Source of the DNA: the human T2T-CHM13v2.0 reference genome, Homo sapiens | Length of the DNA: 64,000 nt | Assembly: GCF_009914755.1 (NCBI RefSeq) | Contig: NC_060947.1 | Direction: 5' to 3' (one strand) | Shown: piece by piece, positions 21,062-32,736 of the stretch | Layout: every line of letters starts with the position of its first letter | How positions within the stretch are numbered: position 1 is the first letter of the stretch | Made by a program: the position numbers and the translations under genes | Notes under the pieces: model-generated | Told to the model about the DNA's origin: nothing | Seen by the model: the letters and a program-made list of their open reading frames with translations, nothing else | Database searches by the model: none

Positions 21062-21911
21062 CTAAGAGGAGGGAGTTTTAAGCAAAACTTTGCTGCCCTG
21101 CAAGTCTGAAAATGACATTGTTGACCTAGAATCAATAGTATACACCTTCAAGGAATTTGTTCTCCATAATAAAGACCATTTCTGTGTTGACATGTACCTC
21201 TTCTAGTTTAAAGAATAATCAATGGAATAAATTTGAGACATCAGACTGTATTTTTGCACCCATGGAACAAATTATTATTTTCTTCCATTGGGGTTTGAAT
21301 TTGTGACTTTGGACACCTTGACTATTAAAGGCAAGTGATATAAAGCTGAAATCAACATTACTAAAGTGAGAGCATCCCAGGAGTCCCACCTGGGACCTCT
21401 GCTTAGGTCTCCATGTGTTGTTGCTACTCAGATACTTGGACAGTGACTTGGCAAACCAAAAGCCAGGAAAAAGAGGCTCTACCAGCTGAGGCTAAAATGC
21501 TGATACCTTTATCTGGCCTGGCCATAGGAAGCTCCGCCATGGCAGAGAAAGTCAGCACTTGCATAGACAATGCATGAGCTAGCTCCACAGTCTGAATCTG
21601 AGCCTGTGCTCTGCCATTTTGTAATATGGACTTGCCAGGAAGATGTTCAAGAACATCATGAAACCTCTTTGGGTTCCAGGTCTTGGCTACCTCCTGTCCT
21701 TGCAAAACAAGTCCTTCACATGGTCCAGCCCTGCTAGCCTGGACACTGGAGTCTGGGGCCAGAGTCCCAGGTTATCATAAAGTGGTACATGGCACTGATG
21801 ATTCCTCACACAGAAGATGCCAATTAAACAATGCCTTAAACAGTGTGTGTAGGATTTGAACAAATTCCATGGCTATGGGTTCAAGGGCAGTCTAGTAACA
21901 CAGAACCTTAC

Positions 21912-22090
21912 CATAAACTCTGTTTGCCTTCTTTAGTTTTTCAACCCAATTCTGCAGGGCACTCTGTGGTCCTTTGTAGATCATGTATCCTTGGAGACGT
22001 TTTGAGACATTAATGATCTCTTTGATGGAATCCATGATGGTTTTTGTGCTAAGTCCCATCTTCAGTAGGAAATGCCATGTAATGTTCTTT
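21912..22090 (-). other. Candidate 179-nt internal exon
   Basis: Minus-strand acceptor (CT)n-TTTTTTTAG| and donor ATG|GTAAGG; one frame open throughout. Confidence 0.45.
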
Positions 22091-23694
22091 CTAAAAAAAG
22101 AGAGAGAGAGAGAGAACAACTTGGATTTACAATGTAAACACTATTTGTATTCATTTTTCCCTGTGCTGTTAACATTTTTGGAAAAAAGTAGCTATTTGTT
22201 TAATTTTAGTTTAATTTGTTTTTAATACATGTGTATCGTTGTCCAGATTGTACTCACCATTAAGGAATGAGAAAAGAGCAATAGTTGACTCTATTAGGTC
22301 AAAGGTTGGTAAAAATGTTTATAATAACAGACAGATGACGTAACAAAAAATGAACAACAGTCATCTCAGACTTAAACAAAAAAGACATAATAAAATAAAA
22401 GAATAACTAAAAAATCTTTCAAGAATCAATTCTGGGCCATCTTAGCCAATGAATATTTTTACAGATAGGTATGGTCAGTGATCGTGGTACTGAGAAGTTG
22501 CCAAAAGCAAATGGGAAGACTGTTGGTGCAGCAGAAAGTGTGAATTGTATTCTACAATCTTGCTTTCTTGTCTCTTGATAAAACTGCTCCATTTTCCATT
22601 CCCAAGTCCATTCACCAGCCTCAGGACATCCAGATGTGGACCTCAAAGCAACTGCTAACACTAATAGAATCCTTGCTTCTTAAAAAACCCAAGCAACTTA
22701 AAGCAGACACCATATACGCAGAAATCAAGGAGCATGTGCAGAGGATAAAACATTTTTGGGCAAGAAACAAAGACTGGTGGCTGAGGGTTGTTTCTCGATT
22801 AAAATTAATTAATACCTAATGTTATATAATGCTATAACACAATGTTATCATGCATAAAATGTCATAATTTGTTATGTCGCGTAATAGTATGGTACCCTCC
22901 AAAGTGTGTCTCCTTACAGCTAAATTAGCATGCATTCAACAGCACACATTAACATACCATGATTAAAGTATTTCAAAATAAATACCATGCAGGATCTTTG
23001 TTTATTTTGTTTAGCTCCTCGAATTATAGGTGGTCACTCTCTGTCCCCCACCACCTCCTCCACACACATCTGAAGGACACTTAGAAAGATACTCTCCATG
23101 AACATACTGGTGAAAAAAAGCAAGTGAAATTGCCGATTATAGTGTTCTAGATCCTGAGCAAGTTTGTTCCACAAAATCCTTGTAGATAAAAAATAAAATG
23201 AATAAGCTGCTCCCACTTTGGAAATAAAGACAATAGCATAAAATGGTAATGAATGGTTGGTCTATAGGCACAAAAGGCATATTTAAGGAATGGGATATGA
23301 GGGGGAAGATATGTATAATAGAATCATTTTATTGGAAAATGAAACAGGGCACCTAGTTCCTGCTAAGCCTTTTCCAGAGACGGATAATTGATGCTAGGTC
23401 CCTGCAGAAAGCCAATAGGGCATTGCTGATAGGCGAGGACTAAGCAAAGCTTGGCTTCCAGTGCTTTTTTTAAATTAATTAAATAAATATGTTTATTATA
23501 TTTAAATAAAATTTTAAAGCTTGAAAATATCAAAAAGGAGAAAGAATCGATAAAAATTGTCAAAGCAATTCTTTAAAAAGAGGCAAATAGTAGCTCTAGA
23601 ATTAAAATTATAATAATCAGTATGAAATTTTTTTTCTATAGTTGAACTTTGGCTTCTGCTTTTAAAAACCATATTTTTTCTTTATTTTCTGACT

Positions 23695-23780
23695 TATTTT
23701 AGATTGAGGGGTTACATGTGCAGGTTTGTTACTTGGGTAGATTGCAAACCCAGATCATGAGCATAGTACCCGATAGGTAC
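23695..23780 (-). mobile_element. Older L1P 3'-end fragment
   Basis: TACATGTGCAGGTTTGTTAC...GAGCATAGTACCCGATAGGTA. Confidence 0.65.
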
Positions 23781-23965
23781 TTTTTCTTCTTTTCTTTTCT
23801 TTTCTTTTCTCATTTCTCTTCTCTTCTCTTCTTCTTCTTTCCTTCCTTCCTTCCTTCCTTTCCTTTCTTTCCTCTCCTCTCCTCTCCTCCCTTCCTCTCC
23901 CCTCCCCTCCCTCCCTCCCTTCTTCCTTCCTTCTTCTCTTCTCTTCTCTTTTCTTTTCTTTTCTC
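23780..23965. repeat. Pure polypyrimidine compound microsatellite (TTTTC/CTT/CCTT/CCTCT), expanded Alu tail
   Basis: ~185 bp almost entirely C/T, abutting an antisense Alu. Confidence 0.95.
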
Positions 23966-24249
23966 TGAGACAGGGTCTTGTTCTGTTATCCAGGCTAGAG
24001 TGCAGTGGTAAAATCATGGCTCACTGCAGCCTTAACCTCCTAGGCTAAAGTGATCCTTCTACCTTAGCCTCTGCAGGAGCTGAGACTGCAGGCATGTGCC
24101 ACCATACCTGGCTAATGTTTTAAATATTTTGTAGAGAAGGGGTCTTGCTCTGTTGCCGAGGGTGGTCTTGAACTCCTGGGCTCAAGAGATGCTCTCGCCT
24201 TAGCCTCCCAAATTGCTGAGATTACAGGCATGAGCCAAAGTGCCTGGCC
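23966..24249 (-). mobile_element. AluJ
   Basis: Antisense dimeric Alu. Confidence 0.92.
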
Positions 24250-24343
24250 TCCTTTTACAATATTAACTTCCTCCTTTGTTGTTGACCATTAGCACCTCCA
24301 ATGGTAGCTCTGTTATCAGTTTTGCAGCACTCAAGGTGCATTA

Positions 24344-24689
24344 CAGCCGGCCCTCTGTATCCATGGGTTTCGCATCTGAGGATTCAACCAACTATGGATG
24401 AAAATTAAAAAAAAAAAAACAACAAGAATGATTATGTCTGTACTGAACACGTATGTCCTTTTATTCTTGTCATTATTCTGTAAACAAGAGAGTATAGCAA
24501 CTATTTACATACTATTTACATTGTATGAAGTATTCTAAGTAATATAAAGATGATTTAAAGTATATGGGAGGATTGTGTAGTTTATATGCACGTACCACGA
24601 CATTTTATAACAGGGACTTGGACATCTGTGGATTTTGGTATCCACAGGGTTCCTGGAGCCAATCCCCCACAGATACCAAGGGAAAACTG
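24344..24689 (+). mobile_element. Tigger3a/MER7A-like TcMar MITE
   Basis: TA|CAGCCGGCCCTCTGTATCC...GATACCAAGGGAAAACTG inverted termini, ~345 bp. Confidence 0.8.
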
Positions 24690-24894
24690 CACTCTCTCCT
24701 TTGCATGGTGCTTTATTTCCCACTAGAGAAAGCATGAAAAACAGATGCTGTGTGATACTCATCTCCACATCACCCACACAACCCAGCATGAGACCGACAA
24801 AAGCTCAAGGCTCCATAAATTGATGTTGAATTGGATTGAAGCTGAGCTTCAGCATCAACTAAATTCAAATCTTCACCCAAATCCTATGTGGCGC

Positions 24895-25078
24895 AGAAAT
24901 ATTGATGGATAAGATGATGTGATGTCTGGGAATTACTTCAAAATGAGCCAGTTGGTGGGGGGTAATTGAAACAAGATTGGTCAGCAGTTGAGAACTGTTG
25001 AAGCTGAGTTACATCATGTTCATTGCCATTATTTTCTCTATGTTGTACATGTTTCTGTTTTTTGATTTAAAAAGGTTA
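24895..25078 (+). mobile_element. Old L1M 3'-end fragment
   Basis: GATGTCTGGGAATTACTTCAAAAT...TGAAACAAGATTGG...TGTTGAAGCTG. Confidence 0.6.
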
Positions 25079-25690
25079 GGAAGAAACCCCAATGTTTTAA
25101 AACTGGCAGGTGTTTAATAAAACTTTCTCTATATACTTATTGCTATGGCTTATCTACTAATAAGTGCTTCTTACCGTGGTTATTCCCATATTCTTGAAAC
25201 AGCCGATATAGCATTTTTAGTGCCATTGTTAGTATAAAAAAAAATTAAAAGTTTCATCAGAGAGTCTCGCTTGAAAAATGCCTTCTGTTCCAAGAACTGG
25301 AAATAATTACAAAGCCATTTTTTAACCTATAAATCCCAACCCCGATTTAAAAGTTATTTTTTCATTTTCCCTATGTTTTAAGGGAAAAGTAACCTCAGCC
25401 CCATCATTTCATATATTTTACTTCTTGGGCCATTTTAGAAATCATCTATTCCAGTCCAAAATTTTAGAGATGTGAAAATTGAGGTCAAGAAACATTTTTG
25501 CCTTTCCCCAAATCGTAGAGTCAATCGGAAAAAAGGCAAGGATTGGACACAGACCTTCAGATTAGGATTTTAAAATTCGTATATTCATTTTACAAGAGTT
25601 TGGTGCACATCTGCTGGATGCCGGGCAGAATAAACAATGCAGCCAAAGTCCAGGCCTTCATGGTGACTGGCAATTCTGTTCCTAGGATTA

Positions 25691-25761
25691 CACCCAAAAG
25701 AAATGAGGACTTACAGACACACACACACACACACACCCCCAAGAGAAATGAGAACTTATGG

Positions 25762-25811
<50 letters not shown>

Positions 25812-25943
25812 ACACGCACATACCCAAGAGAAATGATAACTTATGGAGACACACACATACACACACACACACAAATACACACACACAAGCATATACCCAA
25901 GAGAAATTAGAACTTACGGAGCCACACACACACACACAGACAC
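25691..25943. repeat. Compound minisatellite: 4 x [CCCAAGAGAAATGAGAACTTAYGGA + (CA)n]
   Basis: Four ~25-bp cores, each followed by a CA tract of different length. Confidence 0.92.
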
Positions 25944-25966
25944 AATGTGTACACAGGTGTTCATAG

Positions 25967-26650
25967 TGTAACTGCCTAATGTGTTCCTCCTGCCAACTGC
26001 AAATATAAAATAAACTCACCCAGACATGGCACTGCAGTAAAGAAAGAGCTTAATTGGCGTGAGGTCAGCCATTCCAGAATTATTACTCAAATCAATATCC
26101 CCGAAGGCTTGGAGGTTGGAGGTTTTTCCAAGATAGTTTGGTGGGCAGGGACTAGTGTAGGGGGCATGCTATTGGTTGGGGATGCCATCATAGGGGTGTG
26201 GTAAGTGGTCCTCATGCACTGAGTCCACTTCTGGGTGGAGGCTACAAGACTGGTTGAGTCACGGGTCCAGGTGGAGCCATCTGATTGTCAGAAATGCAAA
26301 AACCTGAAAAGACATCTCAAAAGGCCAATCTTAGGTTCTGCCATAGTGATGTTATCTGCAGGAGTAATTGGGGAAGTTGCAAATCTTGCAACCTCCAGAA
26401 TGATGCCTGGTAATTATTTGGAATTCAAGCCCCTCTCATCCTTCTAACTTGGTGGCTTTTCATCAGTTTTCCAAAAACAGTTTAGTTTGGGGGAAGGGCT
26501 ATTATCTTTTAAACTATAAGCCAAATTTGTCCCAAAGTTAGCTTGGCCCATGCCCAGGAATGAGCAAAAATGGCCAACCTGTGAGGCTACAAGCGGGACA
26601 GAGTCAGCCATGTCAGATTTCTCTCACTGTCATACTTTTGCAAAGGCAGT
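25967..26650 (-). mobile_element. Solo ERV1 LTR, LTR26/LTR8-group
   Basis: TGTAAC at the left end; right end TTTTGCAAAGGCAGT, the reverse complement of the TGAAACCGCCTTTGCAAAA family start. Confidence 0.75.
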
Positions 26651-26843
26651 ATTATTCATAATAGCCAAGAGGTGGAAACAACACAAATGTCCATTGCCCG
26701 GCGAAAGGATAAACAAAATGTGGTCCATCCATACAATGGAATATGATCCAGCCACAAAAAAGAATGATGTTCTGATACATTGGCAACATGGTGGAACCTT
26801 GAAAACACGAGGTTCAGTGAAAGAAGCCAGGCACAAAAGGTCA

Positions 26844-27915
26844 TGTAACTGCCCAAGGGGTTCGCCTTGCCCGCTGCCTAGACATAGGCGATTTATCAAG
26901 ACAGAGGAATTACCATAGAGAAAGAGTAATTCACACAAAGATGGCTGTGCGGGAGAACGGAGTTTTATTATTACTCGAATCAGTGTCCCCAAGAACTTGG
27001 GGATCAGAGTTTTTAAGGATAATTTGGTGGGTAGGGGGACAGTGAATCGGGAGTGTTGATTGGTTGGCTTGGGGATGAAATCATAGGGAGCAAAGCCGTT
27101 CTCTTCTGCTGAGTCAGTTCCTGGGTGGGGACCACAGAACTGGTTGGCAGGTCCAGATGGGGCCATCCGGTTGTTAGAAATGCAAAAACATGAAAAAAAA
27201 TCTCAAAATATTGGTCTTAGGCTCACAATAGTGATGTTACCTTCAAGAGTAATTGGGGAAGTTGCAAATTTTATGATCTCTGGAATAATGGCTGGTAATA
27301 TTTAGAACTCCAGCCCCTTTCATCTTGACTTGTTGGCTGGTGGTCTTTCATTTGTTTTACAAGAACAGTTTAGCCTTTCGGGAAGGGCTATTATTTAAAC
27401 TATATATTAAATTCCTTCCCAAAGCCAGTTCAGCCTACGCCCAGTAATGAATAAGGACAGTTTAGAGGTTATGAGGTAAGAAAATAGAATCTGGAGGCAA
27501 GAAACAGAAGGCCGATTCACACTTCAGCTATGACAGGAAATATCCTCTCCATAGGGCGTAGGCCAAGTAAATAACTTTGTAACTTTACTTCATCCTCTTC
27601 ATTTACATAGGGCGTACCCCAAGTAACCAATGGAATTGTCTAGAGGGTATTTAAATTCCCAAAAATTATGTAACAGGACCGTTGATCCCCTATGCTCGGG
27701 CCCACTCCCACACTGTGGAGTGTACTTTCGTTTTCAATAAATCCCTTTATTCCTTCCTTGCTTTGTGTGTGCATTTTGTCCAATTTTTTATTCAAGACGT
27801 CAAGAACCTGGACACCCTCCACTGGTGACAGTTAGAAATAAGATGATGTCAGCTAGGTCTGATGTCTTTCACTGTCGTAATTTTCTCAGTTATGATTTTT
27901 GCAAAGGTGGTTTCA
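26844..27915 (-). mobile_element. Solo ERV1 LTR, LTR8-type, containing a nested LTR
   Basis: TGTAACTGCCCAAGGGGTTC...TTTTGCAAAGGTGGTTTCA; TSD GTCA (26840-26843, 27916-27919). Confidence 0.85.
27472..27830 (+). mobile_element. Solo ERV1 LTR, MER51B/MER61-like, nested in the LTR8
   Basis: TGAGG...GGTGACA, AATAAA near the 3' end, TSD GTTA (27468-27471, 27831-27834). Confidence 0.8.
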
Positions 27916-28802
27916 GTCACAGGTTGTATGATTCCATTTATTTGAAGTGTTCAGAATAGGCAAATCCATCAAGACAGAAAGACAGACTATTGGCTGCCAG
28001 AGACTGGAGAGGGGAAGGAAAAGAAGGAGCTAATGAGTATGGGGTTTATTTTGGGCAGTGATGAAAGTGATCTAAAATACACTGTGCTGATGTTTGCCCA
28101 AACCTGTGAATATACTAAGAGGCATTCAATTGTACACATGAAATGGGCGAATTGGGTGGTATGTGAATGATATCTCAATATAGCTGTTCTATTTTTTAAG
28201 GAAAAATATAGAGTGCCATAAGTGCTATACAAAAAAATTAAATGGGGAGGAGATCAGGGAGTGGAGGTGGGTTAAGTTTTAGTTCAATGTCTTCCCAAAA
28301 TTCCCTAAATTCCTATAAATTAGTAAATCATAAAAGATTCCTTGAATCAGGAGTCAAGTAATGCCACACCCAGAGCCAGCCACCACCCTCCTGGTACATT
28401 AATTAGATTGTACTACATCAGTACAGATTTAAAAACCATTCAAATGCTTTGTGACTCCAGGAAATTCAGGGTGTAAGCAGGAGAATACTGCCTCCGAATC
28501 CATGGAAAATCCTGCCTTCAGAACAGGAATTTTATCTAAGGATTCACGCAATTTGGGTTTCACACTATTTGTACACTCAGGGGCTGTGCTTTGCAAATAT
28601 AATGCCAGAAACACCAGAACCAAAATTAGGTGATTCAATACCAACTGGCCCACTGAAAGCATAGAGTCAAGAAATCAGTGCCTGAGCCATTATGGGGCTG
28701 GTACTTTTAAAAATGAATGGACTTGATATTTTTGCAAGTTTTATTATGGAAAAGTGCTTTTGGGTTGGTCAAAAGCCTTCAGAAATCGTTCTACAGCCCG
28801 GC

Positions 28803-29464
28803 TGTTCCCACACCAAACTAAGGGTCAGGCTGCTTATTCTAGAGGACCAATGAATGAGATGCAGATGAACTGGGAAAGAAGGGACTTTTTACTTCTGCAG
28901 CCAGTTACAGGGAGAAGGCCTAGAAATTATCACCAGACCAACTCAAAATTACAAAGTTTTCCAGAGCTTCTATACCTTCTAAGCTATACATCTATGTGTA
29001 AAGTGTGCATTCATCTAAAGATATAAGCAATTAACTTCATTTAATCTATAACTAAGATTTGAGTCCTGAAGACCTTCCTCTGGAGCCTCAGTAAGTTTAC
29101 TTAATCTAGGTGGGTCCAAGTGCTGGGGTGATTGCCCTTATTTTGTCTCCTGCTAACTCATGGAGGTTTGGGGAGTTCCTTTAGTCCCCAATAAAGCTTG
29201 TTTGTGGAAACTTAGGGAGTTTCTTCAGTCCCCTAATAAAGCTGTTTAATCCTAAATAGGTCCTGCTAAGAATTACTTTGTTAAAATCTTCATGCTTTAA
29301 GGCCCAGGAAAGGCCTGGGCAGAACTCTTGGTGGGCTTTTGTTACATTCCGGCCTTTGTATGAGGGCACCGGCTCTATCAGCTTTTAATATTTAACTTCA
29401 CCACTCGGTCAGTGCTGAAACAGTTGTTGTGGAAGCCTGTGTTAGTGAGACCTGGCCTTCCACA
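28803..29464 (-). mobile_element. Solo ERV1 LTR, LTR15-like (copy 1)
   Basis: Minus strand starts TGTGGAAGGCCAGGTCTCACTAAC; TSD CGGC (28799-28802, 29465-29468). Confidence 0.8.
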
Positions 29465-29541
29465 CGGCCCATCTGGAGGCAGCCTCTTGCCCCGTAATAA
29501 TTCTCAGTGCCCACCTTCCTGGAGGGGTGACTCAGTGGTTC

Positions 29542-30099
29542 TGTCAGAGGCATGTGAACCAGAGCAACTCCATCTTGAATAGGATCTGGGTAAAATAAGG
29601 CTGAAACCTACTGGGCTGCATTCCCTGACGGTTAAGGCATTCTAAGTCACAGGGTGAGATAGGAGGTCGGCACAATATACAGGTCACAAAGACCTTGCTG
29701 ATGCAACAGGTTGCAGTAAAGAAGCCAGCCAAATCCCACCAAAACCAAGATGGTGAAGAGAGTGACCTCTGGTCGTCTTCACTGCTACACTCCCACCAGC
29801 GCCATGACAGTTTATAAATGCCATGGCAACGTTAGGAAGTTATGCTATACGGTCTAAAAAGGGGAGGCATGAATAATCCACCCCTTGTTTAGCATATCAT
29901 CAAGAAATAACCATAAAAATGGGCAACCAGCAGCCCTCGGGGCTGACCTGTCGATGATCAGAGTAGCCATTCTTTTATTCCTCTCCTTTCTTAATAAACT
30001 CACTTTCAATTTACTCTGCAGATTTGCTCTGAATTATTTCTTATGCGAGATCCAAGAGCCCTCTTTTGGGGTCTGGATCCGGACCCCTTTCCTGTAACA
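29542..30099 (+). mobile_element. Solo LTR MER41A
   Basis: TGTCAGAGG..GAACCAGAGCAACTCCATCTTGAATAGG...CCTGTAACA; GGGGAGGCATGAATAATCC junction lacks the MER41B GAS segment. Confidence 0.88.
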
Positions 30100-31344
30100 G
30101 CCCTACAAACCGCCCTCAGCGGGACCTTTCACGTTCACTGAGAACTGCATTTGGAGTGCACCTACCACCTCCAACCCCACACAGCCCAGGGGCTCGGCGC
30201 AGGCTCTTCCCAGTTATGCTTTCATTACAGTGAAAAACCACAGCAGATGACAATCGCCCCCTCCGGCCACAGAAGTCTGAAAGAGGCACCCCTGTATTTT
30301 AATAGAAATGTAATAAATTGTACCCCGAAGAGGAGACACCTTTGAAAGCATTCTAAAGGCTTAACTTGACTGCAAAGTGGAAAACTCAAGAAGTTGCCCA
30401 GGGCTCGGGTCTGACATGAACCTTTGATTTTTGCTATTTCTGTCATTGTGTTTGACTCTGAATTTAGTGTCTGCTCTCTCCCCGGCTTCCAGGGAAACTT
30501 GCATCCTGGAGGGCCATCAGCCCCAGGCATCCATGCAATCCACTGCTCAGAGGTGATAAAAAGGAGCAAGTATGAAATATAGTTTTAGAGGTGTCAGAAG
30601 AAAATAAATTGGGTTCACGTTGCGTTTTCTTCTGCATCCGAATATCCCCAAAGCAGAATTTCATTGCCAATCTCAGACCTGTTAAGTTGCTTCATGCAAA
30701 TTAAAAACGTTTGCATGCAACCCTCCCTCCAGCTGCCTGCCAAGACCCACCCCATTTCATCCACCATCCAGCCGAAATAAAAGTAAAGGCTAAGAAGCCT
30801 GCTCCAGAGCAGTCACCTCTGATGTGGGAAACCTGAAAAACTGGAAATCACCAGCCAAGAAGAATTATACGTGTGAGCTTCACGTAGGTGGGATGTGATG
30901 GATGTGGACAGAGCAGCAGAGAGAAAGCCCAGGGAGCATATGCTAAAAAACCTGGGAAGAAAAATGCAAAATCCAGCAGCCTTAGAGGTGGCCTGAGGAA
31001 AGAGTTTAGGTTAGAAATATCTGTGCCCTAAGAATAATGGGCATCTATGTTCCTCCAAGAACATCAGGATAACCAAGGAGCATTAAACACCAAGTTAAGA
31101 AGGAAACACGATAAGGAAACCAGCTTAAGCTCAAGGAAATTAGAGACTCGGGGGTTCATTTTGCAGCAACTGCTGAGTGTGTGAATGGAAATGAATTTCT
31201 TAACATCACTGAGCTTTCGTTGTAAAGGAGAGGCAGTAATACCTACCTTGCAGGGTTACTGGATTGTTATATATGTGACAGCAACTAAGACAGACTGCTT
31301 AATAGCATACATTGGATATCGTGACCCACAGAAAATGTTCTAAA

Positions 31345-31565
31345 TGGGGGTCGGCAAACTATGCTCATGGGCCAAATGTGGCCCACTGCTCATGTTTATA
31401 AATACAGTTTTATTAAAACACAGTCACGCCCATTCATGACATACTGTCCACGGCTGTTTTCCTGCTGCAGCTGCAGAATTGAGCCATTGAGACAGATACC
31501 ATATGGCCCAAAAAGTGGAATATATTTACTACCTGGCTTTTACAGAAAATGTTTGTTGATCCCTG
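31345..31565 (-). mobile_element. MER58A-like hAT MITE
   Basis: GGGGTCGGCAAACTATG...TTTGTTGATCCCTG inverted termini. Confidence 0.8.
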
Positions 31566-31599
31566 GTCTAGAACATCAGTTAATCACCAATCACTTGGG

Positions 31600-31790
31600 A
31601 ATAGCAATAAGCTTCCATCTGTTGACCATCTGTTATGTCTGGTCATATGTGATTTCATTTAATCTTATAGGTATTACGATCTCCATTCTAATTTTGAGAA
31701 AACTGAGGTTCTCAGGTGTTATTTTCCCAAAGTCATACCATTGAAAACACCAACATTCTGATTTCAAAGTCAATTCTACACTGATTCTCA
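31600..31790 (-). mobile_element. MIR
   Basis: ATTTCATTTAATCTT...GAGAAAACTGAGGTTCTCAG. Confidence 0.55.
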
Positions 31791-32067
31791 GTGGCATTTT
31801 TATGAAAAAGTAAGGATACAATGCAGGAAGAGGGGAAAAATGTCCTAGGGCAACCTCGTGGGTCTGCATAGTGTTCTTTCTTTTTCATCTGCCATCTGCA
31901 GTGGAACCACCACGAAAAGGCAGATTTTCAAAGACAAAACTGTGAACCTGATTTCTCGAAACCCAGCGAGGTCAGGCTCCTCCAACCTCATCTCTTTTGG
32001 TGCTCCCACTCTTCCCTCAGCTGGCTGGCTTTGGCTCTCTCCTATATCCCCAGCCCCTAAACATGCA

Positions 32068-32736
32068 TATTCCTGGACCAAACCAATGGTCAGGCTGCTT
32101 ATTCTCATGGCCCAATAATGAGATGGAGATGAACTGGGAGAGAAGAGAGTTTTCATTTCTGTAACCGGGTGCAGGGAGAAGACCTAGAAATTATCACTAG
32201 ACCAACTCAAAATTACAAACTTTTCCAGAGCTTATATGCCTTCTAAGCTATATGTCTACGCATAAGTGTGTATTCATCTAAAGCTTTAAGTGATTAACTT
32301 CTTCTAATCCATAACTAAGGTCTGAGTCCTGGAGGCCTTCCTCTGGAGCCTCAGTAAATTGACTTAATCTAAATGGGTCCAGGTGCTGGGGTAATTACCC
32401 TTATCTTATCTCCTGCTAAAGAATGGAGGTTTGGGGAGTTTCTTCAGACCCCCAATAAACTTGTTTGTGGAGGCCTGGTGAGTTTCTTCAGACCCCCAAT
32501 ACAACTGTTTAATCCTAAAAGGGTCCTGTTAAGATTTCCTTCATTATCTTGTCATGCTTCAAGGCCCAGGAGAGGCCTGGGCAAAACTCTTGGTGGACTT
32601 TTGTTACATTCCAGCCTTTGTGTAAGGACACTGGCTCTATCAGCTTTTAATATTTAACTTCACCACTCAGTCAGTGCTGAAACAGTTGTTACGGAGGCCT
32701 GCCTGTTCAGCTGTTAGTGAGACCTAGCCTGCCACA
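32068..32736 (-). mobile_element. Solo ERV1 LTR, LTR15-like (copy 2)
   Basis: Collinear with 28803-29464; has its own TSD TGCA (32064-32067, 32737-32740). Confidence 0.8.

Larger units (their letters stand above)
25664..28200 (+). mobile_element. L1MB-type 3' region split by two LTRs (pieces 25664-25966, 26651-26843, 27916-28200)
   Basis: Collinear L1M 3' motifs (GGAAACAACACAAATGTCC, AGTGAAAGAAGCCAG, GTATGATTCCATTTAT, GGCAAATCCAT) continue across the LTRs. Confidence 0.85.

Noticed and set aside
22568-22819. 83-aa plus-strand ORF as a novel protein
   Set aside because: Non-ATG start, no recognisable domain, and the local splice signals favour the opposite strand
25691-25943. CRISPR-like repeat-spacer array
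   Set aside because: The spacers are CA microsatellites, the repeat is L1-derived, the DNA is human and there are no cas genes
23712-26019. Low-complexity ORFs (Lys/Glu/Arg-rich, His-Thr and Cys-Val repeats)
   Set aside because: Translation artefacts of CT and CA microsatellites
29542-30099. Interferon-inducible MER41 enhancer
   Set aside because: This copy has the MER41A junction GGGGAGGCATGAATAATCC and lacks the tandem GAS motifs; the same holds for 61529-62075
28803-32736. Two same-orientation LTR15-like copies read as the LTRs of one provirus
   Set aside because: Each has its own TSD (CGGC versus TGCA), and the DNA between them is host sequence with MIR, MER58 and MER41, without gag/pol/env
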